Part shown: one piece after another, positions 26,509 through 36,361 of the stretch
Position numbering within the stretch: position 1 is the stretch's first letter
Layout: every line of letters begins with the position of its first letter
Origin: a virus
Taxonomy: Duplodnaviria > Caudoviricetes
IMG/VR virus record: IMGVR_UViG_3300030099_005700
Location: 1-59,846 of that record
DNA length: 59,846 nt
Direction: 5' to 3' (one strand)
Position numbers and translations under genes: made by a program
Notes under the pieces: model-generated
What the model saw: the letters and a program-made list of their open reading frames with translations, nothing else
The model's database searches: none
Told to the model about the DNA's origin: nothing

Positions 26509-28296
26509 TCAGGAAAGTAAACTCGTATCTGTGTTCTGAAGAGCCTTACCCAGCGACTCAATTGTAACCCGTTTCCTGAACCCCGTACCCTGATCGTCTT
26601 TCGGTGGATCAACTGCCACGAGTCCTAGTCGTTGGCGCGCACAGTCCAGCGCAAGGAATGCTGCGTCAGCCAAGTCAGGACTTCGGCCGAAGCGTGACTT
26701 GAAGTCTGGCTTGGATTCAATTTTCACTTTAAGGGAACCAGTTTTGATCATATCGTAATTACGGGCGCACATCTCTTGAGCAAGGTCGGAGCTAATCCCA
26801 TAGATCTGTCGGGTCCGCATAAGTTCCTTACCCACGAACCACAATTCAGATACGCGGTTCATGTAAAGTTCTTCTCCTGTGAGCTGGCTGTTCATAGAGA
26901 CGCGCTTGTCAGAGGCCTTCCCACCAAACGTCACCCGCATAAAGTTAGGTGACCACTCGCCCGCCAGCACATCACAGAAAGGAGCGCCCGCACCAGTGGA
27001 ATCCACCGCTACATTCTCAGGACTGACTCCCTTTCTCTTACAATGGTCAACAATCTGCTGAACAATCTGGTAAGTGCGCGGCACCGCCTTGTTTGTTGCA
27101 TCATCATTAAGGTGGATCGCATCAGTAAACTGGCAAACGTACTGCCCATTTCTGGCATAACCCACCTCAGCAATCGACAAGATCGTCCGGTCGCCCCCAT
27201 TTGTAAATGCAGGGTCAATACCAGCAACCATTGTGGGCTTGCCCTCCCACTCTACCTTACCCATTGCCCCACAGTTAGTTAGCTCAGATTCGGCATAAAT
27301 GCCCGTCGTCTCATCACTATCGAAAAAGATAGCCCTGACCATTCGCATGTAGCCTCTTGATTCCGGCCCCAGTAGTATTCGGTCCTCCTCCAGTTTTGCA
27401 GCAGTCGGGAGCCAAGGATACTTGGTCTCGCCTAAAAGGATGTTTGGGCTGCGTTCTCCATCCAGTCGAATATATTTCCCGCCCCACTTGGTATCCCACT
27501 CATCTGCGGATTGTATATCTACAGACTCCCAGCCGTCTTTCGGTTCGGACCAGACCCCGAAAGCGTCGAAACGACTGTTGGGGTTAGCCATCCCAATCAT
27601 TTGGAAATGGGGGTTTTTTGATAAGTTCGTCAAGCCTGCCTGAAGAATGGCCTGAGACAGCTCAGACAGCTCATCCCCTACTAAGATAACTCGCTTCTGT
27701 TTTATACCAATAAACTTACCTACCGCTTCACGGGTCTTGGACTTTTCAGCGGCGATAAGAGACAAGCCTGCTCGCTCAATCAGGTTTTCTTTCTCATCAA
27801 CATACGCAGCATTTCCAATTGAATCCCGAATCTTGATCGGGGCACCATCAATCACTGACAGTAGCGATATAACAGATCCCCATATACGTTTACGTGCTTC
27901 ACGCAACGTAGTCGAAGTCATCAGGATAAGAGTATCGCGCGGCTGGGATAACCAGTTCACTATCCCCCAAGCAGCCATTGTGTGTGATTTACCGGATGAG
28001 GCTGATCCCCCTATGGACAAATACTTGTTGTGTATAGCCGCTCTGATCATTTGCTCTGCCCAAGGATGGCGCACCATCATAGGTTCTGGCAGATCATCAT
28101 GATTCCACAGCTCATCACATATTCTCCAAAAGTAATATTCACGAGCTATAGGGCGGGGATGGTGAGCAAAACCATACAACAGTGCCGTTATTAAACTTGT
28201 AGGCGGGATTAACAATCCCCCCACATCCATCTTTTTTGTTTTAGGGTCGATACGCGGCTCTATAACGCGCTTGCGTTTGGTTGGATCGGACGGCAT
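26509..28296 (-). CDS. terL: Terminase large subunit
   Basis: GSASSGKS Walker A, ILVGDE Walker B, MANP coupling motif, AGIDPA and SPDLADA nuclease motifs. Confidence 0.92.
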   Translation of the reverse strand: MPSDPTKRKRVIEPRIDPKTKKMDVGGLLIPPTSLITALLYGFAHHPRPIAREYYFWRICDELWNHDDLPEPMMVRHPWAEQMIRAAIHNKYLSIGGSASSGKSHTMAAWGIVNWLSQPRDTLILMTSTTLREARKRIWGSVISLLSVIDGAPIKIRDSIGNAAYVDEKENLIERAGLSLIAAEKSKTREAVGKFIGIKQKRVILVGDELSELSQAILQAGLTNLSKNPHFQMIGMANPNSRFDAFGVWSEPKDGWESVDIQSADEWDTKWGGKYIRLDGERSPNILLGETKYPWLPTAAKLEEDRILLGPESRGYMRMVRAIFFDSDETTGIYAESELTNCGAMGKVEWEGKPTMVAGIDPAFTNGGDRTILSIAEVGYARNGQYVCQFTDAIHLNDDATNKAVPRTYQIVQQIVDHCKRKGVSPENVAVDSTGAGAPFCDVLAGEWSPNFMRVTFGGKASDKRVSMNSQLTGEELYMNRVSELWFVGKELMRTRQIYGISSDLAQEMCARNYDMIKTGSLKVKIESKPDFKSRFGRSPDLADAAFLALDCARQRLGLVAVDPPKDDQGTGFRKRVTIESLGKALQNTDTSLLS

Positions 28297-28328
28297 GATG
28301 GAACTAGATATAAGTCTATTTATTTAAG

Positions 28329-28931
28329 ATGGCAGGGAAGAACGACGGCAATACTGAAATAGTCCAAAAAGCTTTGGAACTAAATTCACAGGGAATGACT
28401 AATGCAGCTATCGGACGCCATCTAGGTGTACACCAGAATACAGTAAGGAGATGGTTTCGTAAACTGGGGCTTCCCCCAAAAAAAGCAGGCTTTAATTTAC
28501 CTAACGTAACCCCTGACAAGGACGAGCTTAAAGAAAAACTGGAAGTAAATCTTTCGGACATGACCCAGCAAGCCGCCACAGAAGCTCGTCTGGCGGCTTC
28601 AGAAAAAGAAGATCAGATACTCGCAGAGATAGCGGAATCACAGAATTCCCCTGCTGATAAATACCAGCATTACGTTGCCGCCGCTGGAATTAAGCTTTTG
28701 CGAGACAGCATGAACCTAGTGCGCGGGCCGAGAACGATACGAGAGATGTCCGAACTGGATCAATTGATTCGACGCAACCTTGGGCTTAATGCCAAAACAG
28801 GTGGGGGTGGGGGCAGAATGCAGATAGATATTTCAATTTTAAACAACTCTACTGACCAAGACGGGAAAAAACGGGTCTCCGATAAACCGATCATAGACGT
28901 AGAGGAAACCAAGAAGAATGAACTGGAGTGA
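28329..28931 (+). CDS. HTH protein, possible terminase small subunit
   Basis: GMTNAAIGRHLGVHQNTVRRW HTH plus a helical C-terminus; divergent from terL. Confidence 0.6.
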   Translation: MAGKNDGNTEIVQKALELNSQGMTNAAIGRHLGVHQNTVRRWFRKLGLPPKKAGFNLPNVTPDKDELKEKLEVNLSDMTQQAATEARLAASEKEDQILAEIAESQNSPADKYQHYVAAAGIKLLRDSMNLVRGPRTIREMSELDQLIRRNLGLNAKTGGGGGRMQIDISILNNSTDQDGKKRVSDKPIIDVEETKKNELE

Positions 28932-29190
28932 TAGGTTCTCTTTAGATTTTAACGGGCCTGAAGATGTTGAAGGCCATTACGCAATAACAATCCTAGATGA
29001 GCTGGCTGAAGCATATATGGGAGTGATACGCCACCCTAACGGGCCACCTATTTCTTGCTACAGCCACGAACTGTCGGCGCACATCTTATCTAAGAAATGG
29101 CACATCACAAAAAAGTCGGCTTCTAATTTAATTGACTATATTGCCCAAAACGCTAGTGGTGATAGCGCACCTGCGTTTTTAAAAACCTGA
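28918..29190 (+). CDS. Hypothetical protein
   Basis: 90-aa ORF. Confidence 0.65.
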   Translation: MNWSDRFSLDFNGPEDVEGHYAITILDELAEAYMGVIRHPNGPPISCYSHELSAHILSKKWHITKKSASNLIDYIAQNASGDSAPAFLKT

Positions 29191-29196
29191 TGCCCG

Positions 29197-29436
29197 ATGT
29201 TCCAGCAACGCCATGTGGTAGAGAACCCTTCGGTCCTGCGAAGAGAAGACTTGTTTGAAAACAAGTTTGTTTACCGTGTAGTCATTGCTAAAGGGACATA
29301 CTACCGCGTTATACCCTCTACATGGAAAGAAGTGTGCTTCATGCGCCTTTTAGAAAAAGGGCTGACTTACGAAGTCCCTTACGACGGTGACGGTCTTTTG
29401 ATTGCTAAAAAAGCAATACCCTCAGATGAACACTGA
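29197..29436 (+). CDS. Hypothetical protein
   Basis: 79-aa ORF. Confidence 0.65.
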   Translation: MFQQRHVVENPSVLRREDLFENKFVYRVVIAKGTYYRVIPSTWKEVCFMRLLEKGLTYEVPYDGDGLLIAKKAIPSDEH

Positions 29437-29758
29437 ACAACTCCTCCTGATACACGAAGAAACGTGTAAAGCCGCGCACGAGATCATGCGCCAGAAGAAC
29501 TCTGACTACACAGGTGGGTCCGAAGCCACTGATGCCCTTGAGAACTTCAAGGCATCTCGATCCTTGGGACTGCACCCTGCAACCGGACTCCTGCTTCGTG
29601 TACAGGATAAGCTGATGAGGATTCGCTCATTCGTGGCTGATGGAAAACTGCGGGTAGTAAACGAATCTGTAGAGGACGCATGCGATGACATTGTCAATTA
29701 CGCCATCCTCTGCAAAGCCCTCTTGAGAGAGGAAGCAGAAAACAAAGATAGAGAATGA
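29426..29758 (+). CDS. All-alpha NTP-pyrophosphatase-like / nucleotide-modification-associated protein (DUF1599-like)
   Basis: KNSDY, ENF, RVQDKLMR and ESVEDACDDIVNYA motifs. Confidence 0.75.
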   Translation: MNTEQLLLIHEETCKAAHEIMRQKNSDYTGGSEATDALENFKASRSLGLHPATGLLLRVQDKLMRIRSFVADGKLRVVNESVEDACDDIVNYAILCKALLREEAENKDRE

Positions 29759-29976
29759 TGGATGCTACAACTAAAGAAGCTAGAAAGATTGTGTGCGCTA
29801 GTGAATGCAAAGTGTTAGCTACATGGTTGCAGGGGAGGGCCAAGTTAATCGAAGAGGGTCTTACCGATGATGAAAATACTTTAGCAATCCTTGGCCGGTA
29901 TGTTGGCAGAATTAAAGCTGACGTAGACAAAGCTGGTTGGGTCGCTGAAATAAAAGCACTAGATCACGACGAGTGA
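29755..29976 (+). CDS. Hypothetical protein
   Basis: 73 aa, coupled overlaps. Confidence 0.55.
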   Translation: MMDATTKEARKIVCASECKVLATWLQGRAKLIEEGLTDDENTLAILGRYVGRIKADVDKAGWVAEIKALDHDE

Positions 29977-30467
29977 TTGTTGGTGTAGACAACGGTCTTG
30001 ATGGCGGGCTTTGCGCTATCGCACAATTCGACGGTAGCCTTATCGACAAGATTGCCATGCCTTGCCGCCAGCAAAGCAAAAAGCGTGAGATTGATATCTG
30101 CAAGATTCACAAGTGGTTATCAGATTTAAACACGCCTTTTGTTTTAGCTATTGAAGAACCACTGGCACATGCAAAGAGTTCGCAAGCCGTGCGCTCTATG
30201 GCTATTTCATTTGGCAAGTTACTGGGTATGTCCGAGTGCAAAGGATACGATGTAATAAGAGTCAGTGTCCACAAATGGCAAAAAGCCATGCTGGGATACA
30301 TCCCTAAGGGGAAAACAAAACAGGCGGCACTAGACAAGGCGCAGGAACTTGAGCCATCAGAGAACTGGCTGAAGAACAAAAGATGCCGCACCCCCCACGA
30401 CGGCATGGTGGATGCTTTTCTCATAGCCCATTACATCAGAGAAAGAAAAAGGTTGACGGAAGTCTGA
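29973..30467 (+). CDS. RuvC-like Holliday junction resolvase
   Basis: VGVDNGLDGG, AIEE, SFG, WQK and HDGMVDAFLIA motifs. Confidence 0.85.
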   Translation: MIVGVDNGLDGGLCAIAQFDGSLIDKIAMPCRQQSKKREIDICKIHKWLSDLNTPFVLAIEEPLAHAKSSQAVRSMAISFGKLLGMSECKGYDVIRVSVHKWQKAMLGYIPKGKTKQAALDKAQELEPSENWLKNKRCRTPHDGMVDAFLIAHYIRERKRLTEV

Positions 30468-30515
30468 CTCCGACCTATTCTGCCCCTGCACTTGTCTGTG
30501 CGTGTGTGATGTGTA

Positions 30516-30603
30516 CTAGGCGCTGGCGGTGAGAAAAGACGTTTCAGAGAGAATGGGTACCCACGATAGTTCTCCTCGTAGCGAAAACACCGCCAGCGTT
30601 TAG
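30516..30603 (+). ncRNA. Candidate structured RNA
   Basis: 16-bp closing stem CTAGGCGCTGGCGGTG / CACCGCCAGCGTTTAG with two G-U pairs, after a TTGACG-17-TATTCT promoter-like site at 30453-30481. Confidence 0.35.
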
Positions 30604-30659
30604 AAAAAAGTTGATTTTTTTATTGGGGTAGGGCGCGGTCTGTGGTAAGGGCATAGGCA

Positions 30660-30920
30660 ATGCCAAAATACATCACACCACAAACAGTGACTCATTTCTT
30701 TGAGGTTCACGAGATCCCCACACCAGAAACGCTATCCCTCTGGCGTAAGGCTGTTGAGCCTGCTTTCCAGCTAGGCTTTCGCATAGGGAGAACTGAAGAC
30801 GACAAAATAGTCATCATTACACCAGAGCGGCACCGTAAGGTTTACAAGGGCTTTGGCAAAGCCGGATACCAATTGGGCATGGTCCTTATGCACGCAATGT
30901 TTAGTAACCGCTTACACTAA
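30660..30920 (+). CDS. Hypothetical protein
   Basis: 86 aa, TAATG-coupled to the helicase. Confidence 0.65.
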   Translation: MPKYITPQTVTHFFEVHEIPTPETLSLWRKAVEPAFQLGFRIGRTEDDKIVIITPERHRKVYKGFGKAGYQLGMVLMHAMFSNRLH

Positions 30921-32212
30921 TGAAAACTCTATTCCCGAAGCAACAGGTAATCCACGACTTCTTTGTAAACCAGCAAAGACAGGGCAACAATACATGCGAA
31001 ACATCTGACACCGGAGTAGGCAAAACTGTAACCGCTTGCCAAATGGCAAAAACGCTTGGCCGACCCGTAGCAGTAATATGCCCAAAAGCTGTCGTGCCTT
31101 CGTGGGAACGAGAGATGGCTGAGACGGGACTCAGCCCTGTCTTTGTTCTTAACTTTGAGAAGCTCCGCACAGGACGAACTCCCCATATGAAAAAAGCTGG
31201 GAAGAAAATCATGAGGTGGGACTTACCCGAAGATACCCTTGTCTTGGTGGATGAAATCCATAAGTGCAAAGGGCCTTACACCCAGAATGCCCAACTCGTT
31301 ATTTCTCTTATACAGCAGGGGTTTTCGGTACACGGGATGTCGGCTACAGCGGCAGAAGATCCTACCGAGATGAGAGGGCTTGGGTACATGTTGGGGATGC
31401 ATTCTCTTAACAAAACAGAGAACGGTCTTCAAAGCTGGTACTCATGGATGTTGAAAAACGGATGTGCCCAGAATGAGTGGGGTAAATGGGAACTCATCAG
31501 AAGGTCTGTGCTACCGCAACTACGCGACCAAATGTACAACAAGAATGTAGCCAAGCTAACAGCAGCAGATTTCCCCGACTCGTTTAAAAACAACCGCGTA
31601 ATTATTGAGACCATTGAGTTCAGTAACTCCTCCAAAATCAGGTCTGCTTACAAGAAAGCAGGGATTACTCCTGAGATTGTCCAACAGTATATTGAGAAGG
31701 GTACAGTTGAAGATAGCGACCACGTACTCGTAAACATCCTGCGCGCCCGTCAACTGGCAGAATCATTCAAGATCCCCGACCTTGTTGAGATGACTGACGA
31801 TCTGGTAGCAGAAGGCAAGAGCGTTGTGCTTTTCGTAAACTTCTCTGACACAGTTCAGACCCTGTGCCAGAACCTCAACTGCGGTAGAGTCGAAGGAGGC
31901 CAGTCAGCAGAAGAAAGACAGAAAGCCATTGACCGCTTCCAGAATGATGAAAAGCATGTCTTGGTTGTGAACATCGCGGCAGGAGGTACTGGCATATCCC
32001 TCCATGACACTAAAGGTAATCGCCAGAGAGTTTCGTTGATCTGCCCATCTTTCTCAGCAAAGAACCACCTCCAAACTCTGGGGCGTATCCACCGCAACGG
32101 TGCTAAGAGTGATGCAATCCAGAAGATTCTTGTAGCTAACAAGAGCGTCGAAGAAGCCGTGATGAAAGCAGTAGGTAAACGGCTGACAAACCTAAACATT
32201 CTCCACTCCTAA
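30920..32212 (+). CDS. SF2 (SNF2-like) helicase
   Basis: TGVGKT, DEIH, SAT, GGTGISL and QTLGRIHR motifs. Confidence 0.92.
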   Translation: MKTLFPKQQVIHDFFVNQQRQGNNTCETSDTGVGKTVTACQMAKTLGRPVAVICPKAVVPSWEREMAETGLSPVFVLNFEKLRTGRTPHMKKAGKKIMRWDLPEDTLVLVDEIHKCKGPYTQNAQLVISLIQQGFSVHGMSATAAEDPTEMRGLGYMLGMHSLNKTENGLQSWYSWMLKNGCAQNEWGKWELIRRSVLPQLRDQMYNKNVAKLTAADFPDSFKNNRVIIETIEFSNSSKIRSAYKKAGITPEIVQQYIEKGTVEDSDHVLVNILRARQLAESFKIPDLVEMTDDLVAEGKSVVLFVNFSDTVQTLCQNLNCGRVEGGQSAEERQKAIDRFQNDEKHVLVVNIAAGGTGISLHDTKGNRQRVSLICPSFSAKNHLQTLGRIHRNGAKSDAIQKILVANKSVEEAVMKAVGKRLTNLNILHS

Positions 32213-32227
32213 ACAACAACCAACGAA

Positions 32228-32542
32228 ATGAACATTGACCTAAACACCAAAGAAATGCAGCAAGTCGTGTATAACGCGATAACCCACACGATAAGTGGGG
32301 CTATCCGCGACCTGTTTGATCCCGAAAACGTCAACGAACCAGTATTTATGCCGCGTCTTATTCGTGAAGCAATAATAGACGGTATAGATAAAGCCCTATG
32401 CACTGGACCGGATACTCGCAATGCCATAGAGATGGGCATGAAGCGAGGTGTCGAAGAAGCAATGCGGGGCACCCCGCCAATAGAAGACCATATTATAGAG
32501 CACATTACCGAACAACTAGAGGAAGCCCGCGATGAAGGATAG
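32228..32542 (+). CDS. Hypothetical protein
   Basis: 104-aa ORF. Confidence 0.65.
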   Translation: MNIDLNTKEMQQVVYNAITHTISGAIRDLFDPENVNEPVFMPRLIREAIIDGIDKALCTGPDTRNAIEMGMKRGVEEAMRGTPPIEDHIIEHITEQLEEARDEG

Positions 32543-33653
32543 CCCAGACCATAGTTCCAGAGGACACGCTGAGTTCTCCCCCTCTTCCCTGAAGTACGTC
32601 GCATCATGTGCGGGGTACGAGGGGAAGGACGGGACCAGTGCAGCCGCTGAGATGGGGACGCGCATCCACGAAGCGTTGGAAGTCCGTGACCCCTCTGCTC
32701 TCCACAACGAAAATGAAACAAGTATCTACGACCAGATTGTAGAGATGGAAACCGACTTCATGGGTAACTTCCCACCCGTGAAGGAAGAACACAACGAGAT
32801 CCAAGTTGATGTCGAACTAGACGGGACGGAAACATGGGGGACTTGTGACAGGTTTCTAATCCTTGAGTCCGGTACCGAAGCTGTAATGGCTGATTACAAA
32901 ACAGGCATCAGCATCATCGACCCACCTGACAAGAACTGGCAAGCCAAGGCTTATGCAGTTGGTGCCTTCCAGAAATACAAGAATATCGAGAAGATCGTCT
33001 TTGTGTTTTATGTGCCACAGCATAACGACTCTTTGCACCACACGTTCAGCCGTGATGACTTAGCTGGCCTTATTCAGGAGTTGAGTGATGTTATCAAGAA
33101 GGGCGAAGAAGTTCGGCCCAAGTGGGCCAAAGGAGAGATAGACCTCAAGGACTGCACCCCGACTCAGTACTGTCGGTTCTGCAAACACGAAGACGCTTGC
33201 CCTGCTTTGGGTGGGCTGGTCCTCGACGTAGCAAAGAAGCTCGACTCCACGATCCCTGATGTGGATCTGGAGAACATTGATGACCCTGCGCGTTTGTCAG
33301 AACTCTTCAACATCGCCAAGATTGTGGAGAACTGGGCTGCTCGTATCAAAGAGCGCACAATCGAAGCGGCCAAAGGGGGAGCAGAACTTGACGGCTTAAA
33401 GTTACGGTCAATGGGGCGCACCAGAAAGATTATGGACAATGAGACCTTTGCTACCATAGCAGAAGAGCATGGTCTGGAGGCCAGAGACCTATTGGAAGCC
33501 GCTAATTTACCCCTCGCAAAGATTGCAAAACTCGTTGGCGCTCAAGCGGAAAAAGGCGGGCGGCGAGAAAAAGAGTTGAATTTTATTGACGCCTGCGAAG
33601 AAGCGGGCATTATCCGCGCCTCAGACGAACGATTTACTATCGCGAGTCGTTAA
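32532..33653 (+). CDS. Cas4-like PD-(D/E)XK exonuclease (DUF2800-like)
   Basis: FSPSS..C, GTRIH, GTCD, DYKTG, QAKAY and CRFC..C motifs. Confidence 0.88.
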   Translation: MKDSPDHSSRGHAEFSPSSLKYVASCAGYEGKDGTSAAAEMGTRIHEALEVRDPSALHNENETSIYDQIVEMETDFMGNFPPVKEEHNEIQVDVELDGTETWGTCDRFLILESGTEAVMADYKTGISIIDPPDKNWQAKAYAVGAFQKYKNIEKIVFVFYVPQHNDSLHHTFSRDDLAGLIQELSDVIKKGEEVRPKWAKGEIDLKDCTPTQYCRFCKHEDACPALGGLVLDVAKKLDSTIPDVDLENIDDPARLSELFNIAKIVENWAARIKERTIEAAKGGAELDGLKLRSMGRTRKIMDNETFATIAEEHGLEARDLLEAANLPLAKIAKLVGAQAEKGGRREKELNFIDACEEAGIIRASDERFTIASR

Positions 33654-33677
33654 TCCAGAAACACGAAACAAGAAACA

Positions 33678-34331
33678 GTGAGTAAGAAGCAAGCAAGCAC
33701 TGCGATTGCAGAAGCACCTAAGTCAGAACTCGCCGCCAGCAATGCTAGTGGCATAGCCATCGCATCCAGCGATATCGACGTACCCCGTATCAACGTGGTG
33801 CAGAAAACATCCGACATCGAGGCTCCCTTGGGGGCCGTGGTGCTCGACAAACAGCATACCCTTGCTGAAGCGGACCAGACGGTCCCTGTAACTGTTCTTT
33901 CCGTCATGAAGGGGTGGCGGGAGAACATAGACTACGACTCCGACGAGATTCCTCAAGTGGCATACACTCAAGAGGACGCTAATCGGATCGAACAGAACAG
34001 CGAGTACGAGATGCTTGAATTCGCTGAGATCACCCTCCTGTTCCAGCAACCGGAGGGTAATGATGATGAGGCCGCGTATCCATTCGCCATTGGCGATAAC
34101 AACTACGCTATTGGTCGCATCAATGTAGCAAAGGACGCTTACCGCCAGACGTTCAAACGTTTGGCGACGTTCGCCGCCTTCAACCCGAAGGCTTCGCTAC
34201 AGCATCGGATCTGGGACTTTAAAAGTTCTTTGATCAGCCGTGGAAAATACAGTTGGTTCGCACCGTCTCTGGCTATCAGCCAAGCGGAGCCTACTGAAGA
34301 TGTTAAAGCCTTCGTAGAAACTTTTGCGTAA
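33678..34331 (+). CDS. Putative single-stranded DNA-binding protein
   Basis: DIDVPRINVVQKTS N-terminus; position between the nuclease and PolA. Confidence 0.55.
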   Translation: MSKKQASTAIAEAPKSELAASNASGIAIASSDIDVPRINVVQKTSDIEAPLGAVVLDKQHTLAEADQTVPVTVLSVMKGWRENIDYDSDEIPQVAYTQEDANRIEQNSEYEMLEFAEITLLFQQPEGNDDEAAYPFAIGDNNYAIGRINVAKDAYRQTFKRLATFAAFNPKASLQHRIWDFKSSLISRGKYSWFAPSLAISQAEPTEDVKAFVETFA

Positions 34332-34540
34332 TGGCTGATATATCTGAAATACCTGTATTAACTCTTCCCGAAGAGAACGCAGTTCTCTCTAGCGAAGCCG
34401 CGACATTGGAGACAATGATTTCGGAACTGGAAGAGAAGAGAAACGAAGCAGAGCTGACTATCCATAAACTGCGTGTCATCAGACAGGCGATCTTGGAAAA
34501 GTCTGAAGAGCTTCAAATGGAGTTACCAATAGACTCCTAA
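34331..34540 (+). CDS. Small coiled-coil protein
   Basis: 69 aa with a heptad pattern. Confidence 0.65.
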   Translation: MADISEIPVLTLPEENAVLSSEAATLETMISELEEKRNEAELTIHKLRVIRQAILEKSEELQMELPIDS

Positions 34541-34550
34541 CACCCTTAAT

Positions 34551-34592
34551 AGCCCGCCCCGACTCATTTTCCATCGGGGCGGGCTTTTCTTT
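34551..34592 (+). terminator. Rho-independent terminator
   Basis: AGCCCGCCCCGA / TCGGGGCGGGCT stem followed by TTTCTTT. Confidence 0.8.
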
Positions 34593-34600
34593 ATGATTAG

Positions 34601-36361
34601 ATGGAAACATATGCTCTGGACTTTGAGTCCTATTACGACAAAAGCTGCTCAATCAAGCAGTTAGGGCCTTTAGGATATTTCTCTCATCCCGACTTTGACG
34701 CATACATGGTGTCTATTGTTGGGGACAACGGTTACACTTTTGTGGGCCACCCCAAGGAATTCGATTGGGACATCCTTAATGGCAATATTGTATTATCACA
34801 CAACGCCTCTTTTGATGAGACCCTGTACTTTTTTGGGGTAGACAAGGGGTGGTGGCCCAAGATATCTCCTGCGGAATGGCACTGTACTGCGGATATGGCA
34901 GCAGCTTGTGGGCTTCCACGCTCACTTAAAAACGCAACCGCAGAAGCCTACGACCTTGAAGTGTCTAAAACAACAAGGGACAACATGGCGGGTAAGCGGT
35001 GGGAAAGTATGTCTGAGGATTTTCAGGCAGAAGTCAGCGAATATGCGTTGAAAGACTCAGAACTGTGCTTGAGGCTTTGGCAGGATTATAAGGACAAATG
35101 GCCAGATAACGAAAAGCTCATTAGTCTGACTAATCGCAGGATTATCCAGAGAGGGTTGCCGATGGATACTGACTTGCTGAAGAGGCAGCTTGAGACAATC
35201 AATCAAAGGCTTTTTGAGGCTGAGTCCAATATCCCTTGGGCAGGAGAAAGACCTTTACTTAGCCGCGCCGCATTCGATGAAGAATGCCTCAAGCACGGCA
35301 TAGAACCCCCTAAGTCTTTAGCCCAGACAGACTTGGATACCCAAGAATGGCTTCGGCAATATGGCTACAAATACAAATGGGTTGAAGCCGTTACTAGCTG
35401 GCGTCGAATCAATGCCATCAAGAAAAAATTAGAAGCCTTCGACTACGCGACCCTGCCAGACAGTAGATACTATGGGGGTTTAATGTATTGGGGTGGGCAC
35501 ACTGGCCGATTCTCTGGCAGTGGTGGTAACTTGAATTTGCAGAATCTTCCTCGCGATGAAATGTTTGGGGTCAACTTACGGCATATGATCCGCGCCCCAA
35601 AAGGCAGGAAACTGGTTGTTGTAGACCTGTCACAGATCGAAGTTAGGACTTTATGTTGGCTCGCAGGGGATCAAGTGACTCTGGCTGAGATAGCAAGCAC
35701 TGACGATATCTACGAAGCATTCGCAATCAGGATGGGCTTGTGGTCAAAAGGAGAAGGGTCTTTGAAAGAGAAAGACCCCAAATTACGCCATAAGGTAAAA
35801 GCTATTGTTCTAGGGTGCGGGTATGGTGCAGGGGCCAAGAAGTTCTCTGAGATGTATGATATGCCAGAGGATGAGGCTAAAGCCGCCGTCGATCTTTACC
35901 GAAACCGACTGTCATCCATCCCTAAATTCTGGAGAAAAGTAAATAATAACCTGAGATCTTGTTACAGCGCCAGTGCCCCTTATGAAGTCCTTTTACCATC
36001 TGGGCGTAAAATAAAATACGGCAGGACAAAACTCGTTAAACAAAATGGGCGGGCGGGGCATCAAGCCATAGTGAGCAGGAACGGCAAACGTTTGCCTATG
36101 AAACTGTGGGGCGGGATAGTGGCCGAAAATCTGTCACAAGGTCTGGCCAGAGACATATTTTCAGATATGCTTTTACGGTTGGAGGATGAAGGCATTAAAC
36201 TGATCTTCCATGTGCATGACGAAGTCATCATCGAGTGCGATGAACATGAAGCCGAAGAAACCCTAGAAAAAACAATTAGCATCATGTCAACGCCGCCGAC
36301 ATGGATTCCTGACATTCCTTTGGCGGCAGAAGGACAAATCCTCACACACTACCAAAAATGA
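34601..36361 (+). CDS. polA: Family A DNA polymerase
   Basis: Exonuclease motifs ALDFES and HNASFD; polymerase motifs TGRFSG, NLQNLP, DLSQIEVR (A), RHKVKAIVLGCGYG (B) and VHDE (C). Confidence 0.95.
   Translation: METYALDFESYYDKSCSIKQLGPLGYFSHPDFDAYMVSIVGDNGYTFVGHPKEFDWDILNGNIVLSHNASFDETLYFFGVDKGWWPKISPAEWHCTADMAAACGLPRSLKNATAEAYDLEVSKTTRDNMAGKRWESMSEDFQAEVSEYALKDSELCLRLWQDYKDKWPDNEKLISLTNRRIIQRGLPMDTDLLKRQLETINQRLFEAESNIPWAGERPLLSRAAFDEECLKHGIEPPKSLAQTDLDTQEWLRQYGYKYKWVEAVTSWRRINAIKKKLEAFDYATLPDSRYYGGLMYWGGHTGRFSGSGGNLNLQNLPRDEMFGVNLRHMIRAPKGRKLVVVDLSQIEVRTLCWLAGDQVTLAEIASTDDIYEAFAIRMGLWSKGEGSLKEKDPKLRHKVKAIVLGCGYGAGAKKFSEMYDMPEDEAKAAVDLYRNRLSSIPKFWRKVNNNLRSCYSASAPYEVLLPSGRKIKYGRTKLVKQNGRAGHQAIVSRNGKRLPMKLWGGIVAENLSQGLARDIFSDMLLRLEDEGIKLIFHVHDEVIIECDEHEAEETLEKTISIMSTPPTWIPDIPLAAEGQILTHYQK

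Noticed and set aside
36083-36096. Palindrome GGCAAACGTTTGCC inside polA
   Set aside because: Single intragenic copy with different flanks; could be chance.
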